Source: Bacteroidia bacterium (GTDB taxonomy: Bacteria > Bacteroidota > Bacteroidia > B-17B0 > Aurantibacillaceae). From it: DNA of 64,000 nucleotides. The DNA lies in NCBI GenBank assembly GCA_035429925.1, contig DAOMFS010000005.1, forward strand, positions 15,904 through 79,903. Direction: 5' to 3'. Below, one piece after another: positions 53,161 to 61,934 of the stretch (positions are counted from its first letter, which is position 1; each line of letters starts with the position of its first letter). The notes beneath the pieces were generated by a model. It had not been told where the DNA came from. It worked only from the letters and a program-made list of their open reading frames with translations, and searched no databases. The position numbers and the translations under genes are program-made.

Positions 53161-54795
53161 TTAGTTCAAACGCCGGGTGCGGATAAAGAAATTCGGGTCC
53201 GGCCTGAACTCTTCCAAGCTCAGCTCCGTTTTTTGCCATTTCTCTGTTGGGTTGATCCAGAATTCTCTGGTGGGCAAGATCAATTTGAGCGGCATATCAA
53301 AATGTTTCACGCAATTGGTCCAACGATAGCTGATCTTCCTGCCCTGTTGTTTGAATTCGAGCATGGGTATCCTGGTGGTTCTGAGGTATTGGTCGAATAT
53401 CTTCTGGAGATCGAGATTCAGGTAGTTTGCCATGTAATTTTCGATTTGAACGGAAGTGACCGTTTGGTGCCAGAACTTTGTATTCATATCACGGAGCATG
53501 CTCCTGAACAGGCTGTCATTTCCCGCAATTTGCCTGATGATGTGAAGCATGTTGGCGGCTTTGTAATACATGTCTCCCGACCCATCCCTGTTCACATTGT
53601 ATGCCGCGATAACAGGCTCGTCGTTCAGTACGCCAATCCTTGTGCCAATGATATAATCGTCCGCAGCTTTCTTGCCATATTGGCTTTGTACAAAAAGACA
53701 TTCCGAATATGCAGTAAAGCCTTCATGGACCCAATTATCGGCCACATCCTTAACCGTCATGTTGTTTCCAAACCACTCGTGTCCCGATTCGTGTACTATG
53801 ATAAAATCCCATTTCAAACCCCAGCCTGTGAGTGATAAATCAGTACCGAGGTATCCGTTTTTATATTTGTTTCCGTATGCGATTGCGCTTTGATGCTCCA
53901 TGCCCAGGTAAGGCGCCTCAACCAGCTTGTAGCCATCCTCGTAAAAGGGGTATTTCCCAAACCAGAATTCAAAAGCCCTGAGCATGAGTTTCACCTGTGC
54001 AAATTGTTTCCGGGCAATATCAAGATTCTCCTGAAGTACCCAATAATCCAGATCCAGTATCCCGCCTTCACCATTCAAGGTATCTCCGAAATGAACGTAT
54101 TGGCCGATGTATGGAATGATGTTGTAGTTGTTAATTGGGTTTCTTACGGCCCAGTCATAAGTAGCACTGCCATCCGGGTTCATCCTGACCCCCCGCATAC
54201 GGCCATTGGAGACCGCCACCAGATCTGATGGCACTGTAAAATGCATGGCACAGCTGTCAACCTCATCATATTGATGGTCTTTAGAAGGAAACCACACACT
54301 CGAGGCCATACCCTGACAGGCTACTGAAATCCATGGCCTTTGCCTGATGTCACGAGCCCATACAATTCCCCCATCCCACGGCGGTTGTTTAGCCACCCTG
54401 GGTTTGCCGTGAAAGTAGGTTAAGAGTGTTTTGTACTCACCCCCTAACTGTGCCCGGGCCAATTCAATAAAATAAGCGTTACCGTCCTTTTTCCACCGGC
54501 ATGCCTGGCCGTCCTGTACAACACTGTCAAGTACCATGGGCTCCATAAGGTCGAGCTGCATAATCTGTTCGGGTTGCAGGACTTTATAGCGGATCACATT
54601 CTTTCCCCGGATACTGCTGTCGCGGTAATTAAAACTTACCGATAGATCATAGTGGTTAAGATCCCACCACATGCGGGCCTTAGACACGCTGCCGCGAAGT
54701 GTATCGGCATGGGTATAATTCTGAGCCTGCAAATTATATTGACATGCAAGGACAAGTATCAGATAACAGGTGATCAGTGAGGGTACTTTTTTCAT
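53161..54795 (-). CDS. M1-family metallopeptidase (aminopeptidase N-like)
   Basis: Signal peptide, GMEHQS (GxMEN-type exopeptidase motif variant), and VHESGHEWFGNNMTVKDVADNWVHEGF (HExxH...E). Confidence 0.85.
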   Translation of the reverse strand: MKKVPSLITCYLILVLACQYNLQAQNYTHADTLRGSVSKARMWWDLNHYDLSVSFNYRDSSIRGKNVIRYKVLQPEQIMQLDLMEPMVLDSVVQDGQACRWKKDGNAYFIELARAQLGGEYKTLLTYFHGKPRVAKQPPWDGGIVWARDIRQRPWISVACQGMASSVWFPSKDHQYDEVDSCAMHFTVPSDLVAVSNGRMRGVRMNPDGSATYDWAVRNPINNYNIIPYIGQYVHFGDTLNGEGGILDLDYWVLQENLDIARKQFAQVKLMLRAFEFWFGKYPFYEDGYKLVEAPYLGMEHQSAIAYGNKYKNGYLGTDLSLTGWGLKWDFIIVHESGHEWFGNNMTVKDVADNWVHEGFTAYSECLFVQSQYGKKAADDYIIGTRIGVLNDEPVIAAYNVNRDGSGDMYYKAANMLHIIRQIAGNDSLFRSMLRDMNTKFWHQTVTSVQIENYMANYLNLDLQKIFDQYLRTTRIPMLEFKQQGRKISYRWTNCVKHFDMPLKLILPTREFWINPTEKWQKTELSLEEFRPDPNFFIRTRRLN

Positions 54796-54922
54796 GGATT
54801 CGTTTGATTTATGGCCTCATTCACAGTTGCATCCTTTAACAAGTTTTTATAAAGTAAAGCGCTTTCTTGTTTCAGAAACCCAATACAAAGGCCTAATTTA
54901 TTAACTTTACCGGTCTTTAAAA

Positions 54923-55999
54923 ATGATGATGCTCGAAAAACTGGAAGAGATTAAGCGGCGCTTTGAAGATGTGGAAACCAGGCTTTCTGATCCCAAGGTC
55001 ATCGCCGATATGTCCTTGTTCAAAAAACTCAATATTGAATACAAGGAACTTGGTCAGGTGGTAGAGCATATCAATGCCTATAAAAAAGTTTTGGCCCATA
55101 TTGAAAGCGCCAGACACGTACTGGCCAATGAGAAAGACAAGGATTTTCTGGAGATGGCCAAGTCAGAGCTTGAAGAGAACCGTGCGCGGGAAGAGCAACT
55201 CAGCGAAGAAATCCGCCTGCTTCTGGTACCCAAGGATCCGGAGGATGCCAAGAATTGTGTGATGGAACTCAGGGCAGGAACCGGAGGTGATGAAGCATCC
55301 ATATTTGCAGGTAATCTTTTTGAGATGTACTCGAGGTTCTGTGAAAAAAAAGGCTTTAAGATTGAAGTGGTGGACTCCAATCCCGGAACTATGGGGGGCT
55401 ATAAGGAGATCATATTCAATGTGAATGGTCCGGGCGCTTACGGTACCCTGAAATTTGAAAGTGGTGTGCACCGTGTGCAGCGTGTTCCGGCCACCGAGAC
55501 CCAGGGCCGTGTGCACACTTCGGCAGCTTCTGTTGTTGTTTTGCCGGAAGCTGAAGATCTTGATGTAGAAATAAAAGATTCAGACATTGAAATGGCTACA
55601 GCCAGGAGTGGCGGTGCAGGAGGACAGAATGTGAACAAAGTGGAATCAAAGGTTATTCTCACACATAAGCCAAGTGGAATTGTAGTTACATGCCAGACCG
55701 AAAGAAACCAGCTGGGTAACCGTGAAAAAGCCATGCATATGCTTCGCTCAAAACTTTATGACCTGGAGTACCAGAAACGCATGGAAGCGGTTAGCAAACA
55801 CCGGAAAACCATGGTAAGCACAGGAGACCGCAGCGCCAAAATACGAACCTACAACTATCCGCAGAACCGCATTACCGATCACAGGATCAATCTCACCCTG
55901 TATGACCTGGATAATTTTGTAAACGGCGATATTCAAACCATGATCGATAAACTTCAGTTCGCTGAGAACGCAGAACGCCTCAAAGAAGGCGGTATTTAA
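54923..55999 (+). CDS. prfA: peptide chain release factor 1
   Basis: [14 protein letters not shown] (PxT tripeptide anticodon motif) and [14 protein letters not shown] (GGQ); 358 aa. Confidence 0.9.
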   Translation: MMMLEKLEEIKRRFEDVETRLSDPKVIADMSLFKKLNIEYKELGQVVEHINAYKKVLAHIESARHVLANEKDKDFLEMAKSELEENRAREEQLSEEIRLLLVPKDPEDAKNCVMELRAGTGGDEASIFAGNLFEMYSRFCEKKGFKIEVVDSNPGTMGGYKEIIFNVNGPGAYGTLKFESGVHRVQRVPATETQGRVHTSAASVVVLPEAEDLDVEIKDSDIEMATARSGGAGGQNVNKVESKVILTHKPSGIVVTCQTERNQLGNREKAMHMLRSKLYDLEYQKRMEAVSKHRKTMVSTGDRSAKIRTYNYPQNRITDHRINLTLYDLDNFVNGDIQTMIDKLQFAENAERLKEGGI

Positions 56000-56009
56000 A
56001 CACACAAGT

Positions 56010-56723
56010 ATGACATCACAAGACGAAGATAAAATCAGAAGCGCTTTTGCACCTAAAGACTGGAGCGACATCAAAGCCCAGAACAGCTGGCAGATCTTTA
56101 AGATCATGAGTGAATTCGTGGAAGGCTTTGAGAAAATGTCAAAAATCGGCCCATGCGTGTCCATCTTTGGGAGCGCGCGAACCAAACCAGGTCACAAATA
56201 CTACCAGCTGGCGGAAGAAATAGCCTTTAAACTGGTGCGTGAAGGCTACGGCATCATCACCGGCGGTGGTCCGGGTATCATGGAAGCAGCCAACAAAGGC
56301 GCCAGCAAAGGCGGAGGAAAATCAGTCGGACTCAATATTGAATTGCCATTTGAGCAAAAACACAACGAATATATTGATAAGGATAAAAGTCTGCATTTTG
56401 ATTATTTTTTTGTGCGGAAAACAATTTTTCTGAAGTATTCCCAGGGCTTTATAGGCATGCCAGGCGGTTTTGGAACCATGGACGAATTGTTTGAATCACT
56501 CACCCTGGTGCAAACCAACAAAATTGCCCAGTATCCCGTTGTGCTGGTGGGCAAGGATTACTGGGGTGGTCTGATGGATTGGATGAGAGATAGTATGCTT
56601 GGAGCAGAACACAACATCAACCCACCCGATCTGGAATTGTTTAAGATCGTGGAAACCGCGGATGACGCGGTAAAACATATTGTTGACTTTTACAGCAAGT
56701 ACTTGCTTAAACCCAATTTCTGA
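56010..56723 (+). CDS. LOG-family (TIGR00730) nucleotide phosphoribohydrolase
   Basis: GIITGGGPGIMEAANKGA and MPGGFGTMDELFE motifs. Confidence 0.85.
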   Translation: MTSQDEDKIRSAFAPKDWSDIKAQNSWQIFKIMSEFVEGFEKMSKIGPCVSIFGSARTKPGHKYYQLAEEIAFKLVREGYGIITGGGPGIMEAANKGASKGGGKSVGLNIELPFEQKHNEYIDKDKSLHFDYFFVRKTIFLKYSQGFIGMPGGFGTMDELFESLTLVQTNKIAQYPVVLVGKDYWGGLMDWMRDSMLGAEHNINPPDLELFKIVETADDAVKHIVDFYSKYLLKPNF

Positions 56724-57626
56724 TTGCATTACTGGCTGTTTAAAATACTTGTCGTTCCGGTTTTTTACCTGTTCTCCCTTATTCCCTTTTTCCTTCTGTA
56801 CCCGTTCAGTTCTGTTCTGGCTTTTCTGCTTTACAATGTTGTGGCATACAGGAAACAGGTGGTACTGGAAAATTTAAGAAAGTCTTTTCCCGAAAAATCT
56901 GAACAGGAACTCAGGCAGATCGCCAAAACTTTTTATGTACACTTCTGCGACACGATTCTTGAAACCATTAAGCTTCTGACCATGTCGGAACAAACCTTTA
57001 AGAAACGCTGCAGTTTTGACAAGCGGGCCTTGGCCACATTTCAGCATTTTTTCAGAACAAATCAAAGCGTGGTAGGTCTGATGGGGCATTGTGGCAACTG
57101 GGAATGGGCTGCTATCGCGCATCAGTTTTATTTCCGTGAACACATTACCGGCGTTTACCACCCCTTATCGAGCAAAAGTTTCGACGAGTTTATGTTCAAA
57201 CTGCGCACCCGAAAAGGAGGTCACATCATACCCATGAGCAAAGTGTATCCGGAATTGCTGCGTTTGCAAGCCAGTCATACGCGAACAACTCTCGGCCTGA
57301 TCGCTGACCAGGCTCCTCCTCCTGAAAGCGCGGTATGGACCAAGTTTCTGAACCAGGACACAGCTTTTTACATGGGACCTGAAAAAATTGCAAGGCGCTT
57401 CAACTACCCGGTGATTTATCTGGGGGTAAAAAAAGTGAAACGGGGCCATTATGTTTTGCACGTAAAGGTCCTAAGCGAACACCCGGCCGAAACCCAAACC
57501 GGAGACATTACAAGACTTTATGTTGAAGAACTTGAAAAGGACATACGGGAGCAGGCCTTTAACTGGCTTTGGAGTCACCGGCGCTGGAAGCACAAGAGAC
57601 CGCCCACATCAAAACCAGTATTATAG
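56724..57626 (+). CDS. lipid A biosynthesis (LpxL/HtrB-like) lysophospholipid acyltransferase-family protein
   Basis: N-terminal TM segment, VGLMGHCGNWEW (H-x4-E/D acyltransferase motif), ~300 aa. Confidence 0.7.
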   Translation: MHYWLFKILVVPVFYLFSLIPFFLLYPFSSVLAFLLYNVVAYRKQVVLENLRKSFPEKSEQELRQIAKTFYVHFCDTILETIKLLTMSEQTFKKRCSFDKRALATFQHFFRTNQSVVGLMGHCGNWEWAAIAHQFYFREHITGVYHPLSSKSFDEFMFKLRTRKGGHIIPMSKVYPELLRLQASHTRTTLGLIADQAPPPESAVWTKFLNQDTAFYMGPEKIARRFNYPVIYLGVKKVKRGHYVLHVKVLSEHPAETQTGDITRLYVEELEKDIREQAFNWLWSHRRWKHKRPPTSKPVL

Positions 57627-57681
57627 GGGATTTTAAAGGGTTTTTACACAAATAATTCTCATTTTTAGACCTGCATATGAT

Positions 57682-60156
57682 ATGAATAAACCAAAGGATA
57701 AAGCGCTTAACACCAATTCAGGACAGCTGGGTGATTTTTTTGAACAACTTGGAAACAGGGCATTTTTGCTCGCCCTTTTCCTGGTTCTGTTTGTGGCCTT
57801 TTTTGTGTATAAGGATTTTCTTCTGTTCAAAAACATGTTTCAGTACAAGGACATAGGCAGCGACACCCTCAACGCCATGTATCCCTATTACAAGCATTAC
57901 GCGAATTATGTGAAAGAATTCGGACTGCCACAATGGTCCTTTGCCGAAGGAATGGGTCAGGGCATCATGTCGGGTTTTCTGCGTGATCCCATCCAGATCA
58001 TTTCCATTCTGGCCGGGCCTGATAAAATGCCCGGGATTTTCGTGTACATGGAGGTGTTGAAGATTGTGCTGGCAGGCATGTTCTTTTACTTTTTTCTGAA
58101 AGCCATCAAAGCAAGTAATTATTCTGCCATCATGGGAACCCTGCTCTTTTCCTTCTGTGGGTTTATGGTCATTGGGTCTTGCTGGTACCTATTTACTTTC
58201 GAGGCCCTGAATGTGGCGGTATTGCTTCTTGGATTTGAAAGACTCTACCAGAAAAAGGGAGGTCTGATTTTCTCTCTTGGCATTTTTCTCACAGGCATCT
58301 CCTTCCCTGTGAATCTCTTCACATTCGGGCTATTTATCCTGACATACGCGGCTTTTCGTTTCCTCTCAGACCAGAAATTTGAGCGCCGCGCATTTTTAAC
58401 CTTGCTTGGAAATATTGTGCTTTACGGAAGTATTGGCTTGTTGTTTTCAGGACCATTTCTGCTTGAGAACATTTTCCAGTTGATTGAATCGCCGCGCGGT
58501 AGCGGTCCCGACTCTTACTTTTCAAGACTTTCCGGGTCACCTATGTTCGCCTTATCGAACAAGGTAGAATTTGGTTCTTCGGTGATGCGCATGTTCAGCA
58601 ACGATATTCTTGGTACCGGCAACAGTTTTACGGGTGTGCAGAATTATCTTGAGTCACCGTTCGGGTATTGCGGCCTGATCAGTCTTTTGCTGGTCAGTCA
58701 GGTTTTCAGCCTGATCGAAAAAAACAAAAGACGACTCTACATTGCATTACTTGTCATCTGGCTCATACCAAGTGTTTTTCCATGGTTCCGATACGCGTTC
58801 TGGCTCTTTTCAGGCGACTACTTCCGGGCTTATTCCTTTTTCGTTTCACTTGTGTTCATCATTTTTTCTGTTCATTCACTCGACCTCATTCTGCGCCAGC
58901 GGAAAATATCACTGGTGATGCTTCTGGGTACCCTGGCATTCTGGTTTATACTCAGTGCGCTGACATACAAATCCACCATTACCTACCCTAACGGACAACA
59001 AGCGGTTCAGGAACTTAAAACAGATGATACGGTTTCCTTTTTCGTTAAGACTTTTATGGTTTTTTACGCGGTTATCCTGTATCTCATTGGCACCGGTAAG
59101 AATCTGCCGGTTCTGAAAACCATTCTGCTTGTGCTTGTCGGATTTGAACTGATCTACCTGTCACAAATCTCGGTGAACAAACGCAATGTGGTTAGCGAGC
59201 GTGAATTGCATGAGAAAACAGGATATAACGATTACTCCGTTGAGGCGGTTCAATATCTGAAATCGATTGATAAGGATTTTTACAGGATCGATAAAAGTTA
59301 TTTTTCGGGGGGCGCCATGCATGGCAGCATAACCGATCACAAGGTGCATGGTTACTATGGCACCAGCAGTTATAATTCCTTCGCCCAGATGAACTTTGTG
59401 AACTTCATGCGCGGTTTCGACGTGATCGACAAAACGAACGAGTATGCCAGTCGCTGGGTTGACGGTCTCCGGAACAGACCCATGCTTGAACCGCTCAGTG
59501 GCGTCAGGTACATGCTCACAAAAAGCACTACTATGAACCCGCTCTGGCAAAGCACTTACGATTCCATCGCGAAATTCGGAGATGTGGTGGTGATGAAACA
59601 CCGCTTTGTGTTACCACTCGGCTTTACCTACAAGGCGTATATACTTCAAAACGATTTCAACAAATTATCAAGCACACAAAAGGATCTGCTGAGCTATCGG
59701 GCATGCGTGCTGGACGACAAGGAGGCAGAAAAGGCAAGCAGCCTCACAAGACTCGGGCTTAATGACAGTTTGGACCTGAGACTGTTTAACTGGAATTATC
59801 TCGCTGCAAATACCGACAGCCTTAAAAAGGAATCACTTGTGATCAGCAGTTTTAACCCCAACCGCATAGTTGGCGACATCAAGGTAGATCATGATAAGAT
59901 CATGTACCTGAGTTTCCCTTATGACAAGGGCTGGCACTTTTATCTGGATGGGAAGGAATGTGACAAAATGCTGGTGAATTACGGGATGTGCGGGATGTTT
60001 GTGCCGGCCGGTTCACATCATGTTGAAATGGATTTTCACCTCCGCTTTTTCGCAAAAGGATTTATACTGAGTCTTGCCGCGCTTTTTATTCTCGGTCTGA
60101 CATTTTTCATTAACCGTAAACGCAACACAATACCAACTCAACATGAGCAAGCTTAA
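57682..60156 (+). CDS. YfhO-family polytopic membrane protein (putative glycosyl/lipid-linked transferase)
   Basis: 824 aa with many TM helices in the N-terminal two-thirds, a soluble C-terminal domain and a final TM helix. Size and topology are typical of Bacteroidota YfhO proteins. Confidence 0.6.
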   Translation: MNKPKDKALNTNSGQLGDFFEQLGNRAFLLALFLVLFVAFFVYKDFLLFKNMFQYKDIGSDTLNAMYPYYKHYANYVKEFGLPQWSFAEGMGQGIMSGFLRDPIQIISILAGPDKMPGIFVYMEVLKIVLAGMFFYFFLKAIKASNYSAIMGTLLFSFCGFMVIGSCWYLFTFEALNVAVLLLGFERLYQKKGGLIFSLGIFLTGISFPVNLFTFGLFILTYAAFRFLSDQKFERRAFLTLLGNIVLYGSIGLLFSGPFLLENIFQLIESPRGSGPDSYFSRLSGSPMFALSNKVEFGSSVMRMFSNDILGTGNSFTGVQNYLESPFGYCGLISLLLVSQVFSLIEKNKRRLYIALLVIWLIPSVFPWFRYAFWLFSGDYFRAYSFFVSLVFIIFSVHSLDLILRQRKISLVMLLGTLAFWFILSALTYKSTITYPNGQQAVQELKTDDTVSFFVKTFMVFYAVILYLIGTGKNLPVLKTILLVLVGFELIYLSQISVNKRNVVSERELHEKTGYNDYSVEAVQYLKSIDKDFYRIDKSYFSGGAMHGSITDHKVHGYYGTSSYNSFAQMNFVNFMRGFDVIDKTNEYASRWVDGLRNRPMLEPLSGVRYMLTKSTTMNPLWQSTYDSIAKFGDVVVMKHRFVLPLGFTYKAYILQNDFNKLSSTQKDLLSYRACVLDDKEAEKASSLTRLGLNDSLDLRLFNWNYLAANTDSLKKESLVISSFNPNRIVGDIKVDHDKIMYLSFPYDKGWHFYLDGKECDKMLVNYGMCGMFVPAGSHHVEMDFHLRFFAKGFILSLAALFILGLTFFINRKRNTIPTQHEQA

Positions 60157-61300
60157 TTCATCAGGTTTCGGCACGCGGGCTATTCACGCCGGCGCCGAAC
60201 CAGACCCCGGAACCGGGGCCATCATGACGCCTATTTTCCAGACCAGTACCTATGTACAGGAATATCCTGGTAAACACAAAGGCTTCGCTTACGCCCGGGG
60301 CAAAAATCCAACACGCGAAGCCTTGCAGAAAAATATTGCTTCTCTGGAGAACGGAAAGCACTGTCTCTGTTTCAGCAGTGGTATGGGCGCCATTGACGCT
60401 GTGATCAAATTGCTGCGTCCCGGAGATGAAGTGATTACAGGAGACGATCTTTATGGAGGCAGTTACCGCATGTTTACCAAGGTATTCGCCAATTACGGCA
60501 TAGGTTTTCACTTTATTGATATGACGCAACCCGAAAAGATCCGTGCTTATATCAATTCAAATACACGCTTGATATGGGTTGAAACCCCAACCAACCCGAC
60601 CATGCAAATCATCGACATTGAAGCGGTCACTTCCATTGCCAGGGAACACCAGCTTATCAGCGCCGTTGACAACACCTTTGCATCCCCCTATCTTCAAAAT
60701 CCCCTACAATTAGGCGCCGATATTGTGATGCACAGCGTTACGAAGTATTTAGGTGGGCACAGTGATGTGGTAATGGGCGCACTTGTCACCAACAACGATA
60801 AACTTTACGAACAGCTGGCCTTCATTCACAACAGTTGTGGCGCTACACCTGGGCCAATGGACAGTTTCCTGGTGCTGAGGGGCATTAAAACTCTGCATTT
60901 GCGCATGGAAAGGCATTGTTACAATGGAAAAAGAGTGGCCGAGTTTCTGAGCAAACACCCCAAAATCGATAAAGTTTACTGGCCGGGGTTCAGTTCTCAT
61001 CCCAATCACCACATTGCCAAAAAACAAATGCGCGATTTTGGTGGTATGATTTCCATTGTACTTAAAGACAAGGATATTGAAAACACGTTTAAAATCGCTT
61101 CCTCCTTTAAGGTGTTTTCTTTGGCCGAAAGTTTGGGTGGCGTTGAATCTCTCATCAACCATCCTGCCACCATGACCCATGCGTCCATCCCGAAAGCAGA
61201 CCGTGAAAAAGCCGGAGTGGAAGACAACCTTTTACGGCTGAGTGTAGGGGTTGAGGACATTGACGACCTTCTGGAAGACCTGGTTCAGGCCCTGGGTTGA
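60143..61300 (+). CDS. Cys/Met-metabolism PLP-dependent enzyme (cystathionine gamma-synthase/beta-lyase/gamma-lyase family)
   Basis: GFGTRAIHAG start motif, SVTKYLGGHSDV (PLP lysine), and ESLGGVESLINHPATMTHASIP. Confidence 0.85.
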   Translation: MSKLNSSGFGTRAIHAGAEPDPGTGAIMTPIFQTSTYVQEYPGKHKGFAYARGKNPTREALQKNIASLENGKHCLCFSSGMGAIDAVIKLLRPGDEVITGDDLYGGSYRMFTKVFANYGIGFHFIDMTQPEKIRAYINSNTRLIWVETPTNPTMQIIDIEAVTSIAREHQLISAVDNTFASPYLQNPLQLGADIVMHSVTKYLGGHSDVVMGALVTNNDKLYEQLAFIHNSCGATPGPMDSFLVLRGIKTLHLRMERHCYNGKRVAEFLSKHPKIDKVYWPGFSSHPNHHIAKKQMRDFGGMISIVLKDKDIENTFKIASSFKVFSLAESLGGVESLINHPATMTHASIPKADREKAGVEDNLLRLSVGVEDIDDLLEDLVQALG

Positions 61301-61376
61301 TTTCCCGCAGCACTGATAATCCACATTTTTAGAACTAAACTAATTGCTTATATTTACTTCAGGTAAACCCATTGGT

Positions 61377-61922
61377 ATGAGACTATGCGGGGTCGTGCTG
61401 GCCTTATTCCTTTTATCTCAAAGTGTCAAAGCGCAGATTTATTCCTGTAAAGACGGACATATAGGCTTCACATCTGAAGCCCCGCTGGAAATGATCAAGG
61501 CGCAATCCACCAAAGCCATTGGCGCGCTTGACTGCACGAACAAAAACGTGGTGTTTTCCATAAACATTGATTCCTTTGATGGTTTCAACAGCAGCCTTCA
61601 GAAAGAACACTTTCGTGAAAATTATATGGAAACCACCAGGTTTCCTAACGCCCTTTTTAAAGGTAAGATCATTGAGGATATTGATTTCTCAAAGAAAGGT
61701 ACTTACAACATCAGGGCTAAAGGGGTTTTCAGCATTCACGGGGTGGATAAGGAGAAAATAGTAAAAGTGAAGGTCATAGTCAAAGACAATATTATTGAAG
61801 TAGAAGCCAGTTTTGATGTACCCTTAGAGGACCACAACATCAAAATACCCAAAGTCGTGAACCAGAAAATTGCTTCTGTGATCATGGTTGAAGTGAAAGC
61901 CAGCCTAAAACCCAAAGCCTGA
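61377..61922 (+). CDS. YceI-like periplasmic protein
   Basis: Signal peptide MRLCGVVLALFLLSQSVKAQ at ATG 61377. About 180 aa and beta-rich, with the YceI-like pattern (IGFTSEAPLEMIKAQS..., FKGKI..., GVFSIHGV). Confidence 0.55.
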   Translation: MRLCGVVLALFLLSQSVKAQIYSCKDGHIGFTSEAPLEMIKAQSTKAIGALDCTNKNVVFSINIDSFDGFNSSLQKEHFRENYMETTRFPNALFKGKIIEDIDFSKKGTYNIRAKGVFSIHGVDKEKIVKVKVIVKDNIIEVEASFDVPLEDHNIKIPKVVNQKIASVIMVEVKASLKPKA

Positions 61923-61934
61923 TTTGCTTTTCCG

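Noticed and set aside
53233-54228. Plus-strand ORFs of 200 and 112 aa.
   Set aside because: They are antisense to the M1 peptidase gene, which carries HExxH...E and GxMEN-type motifs.
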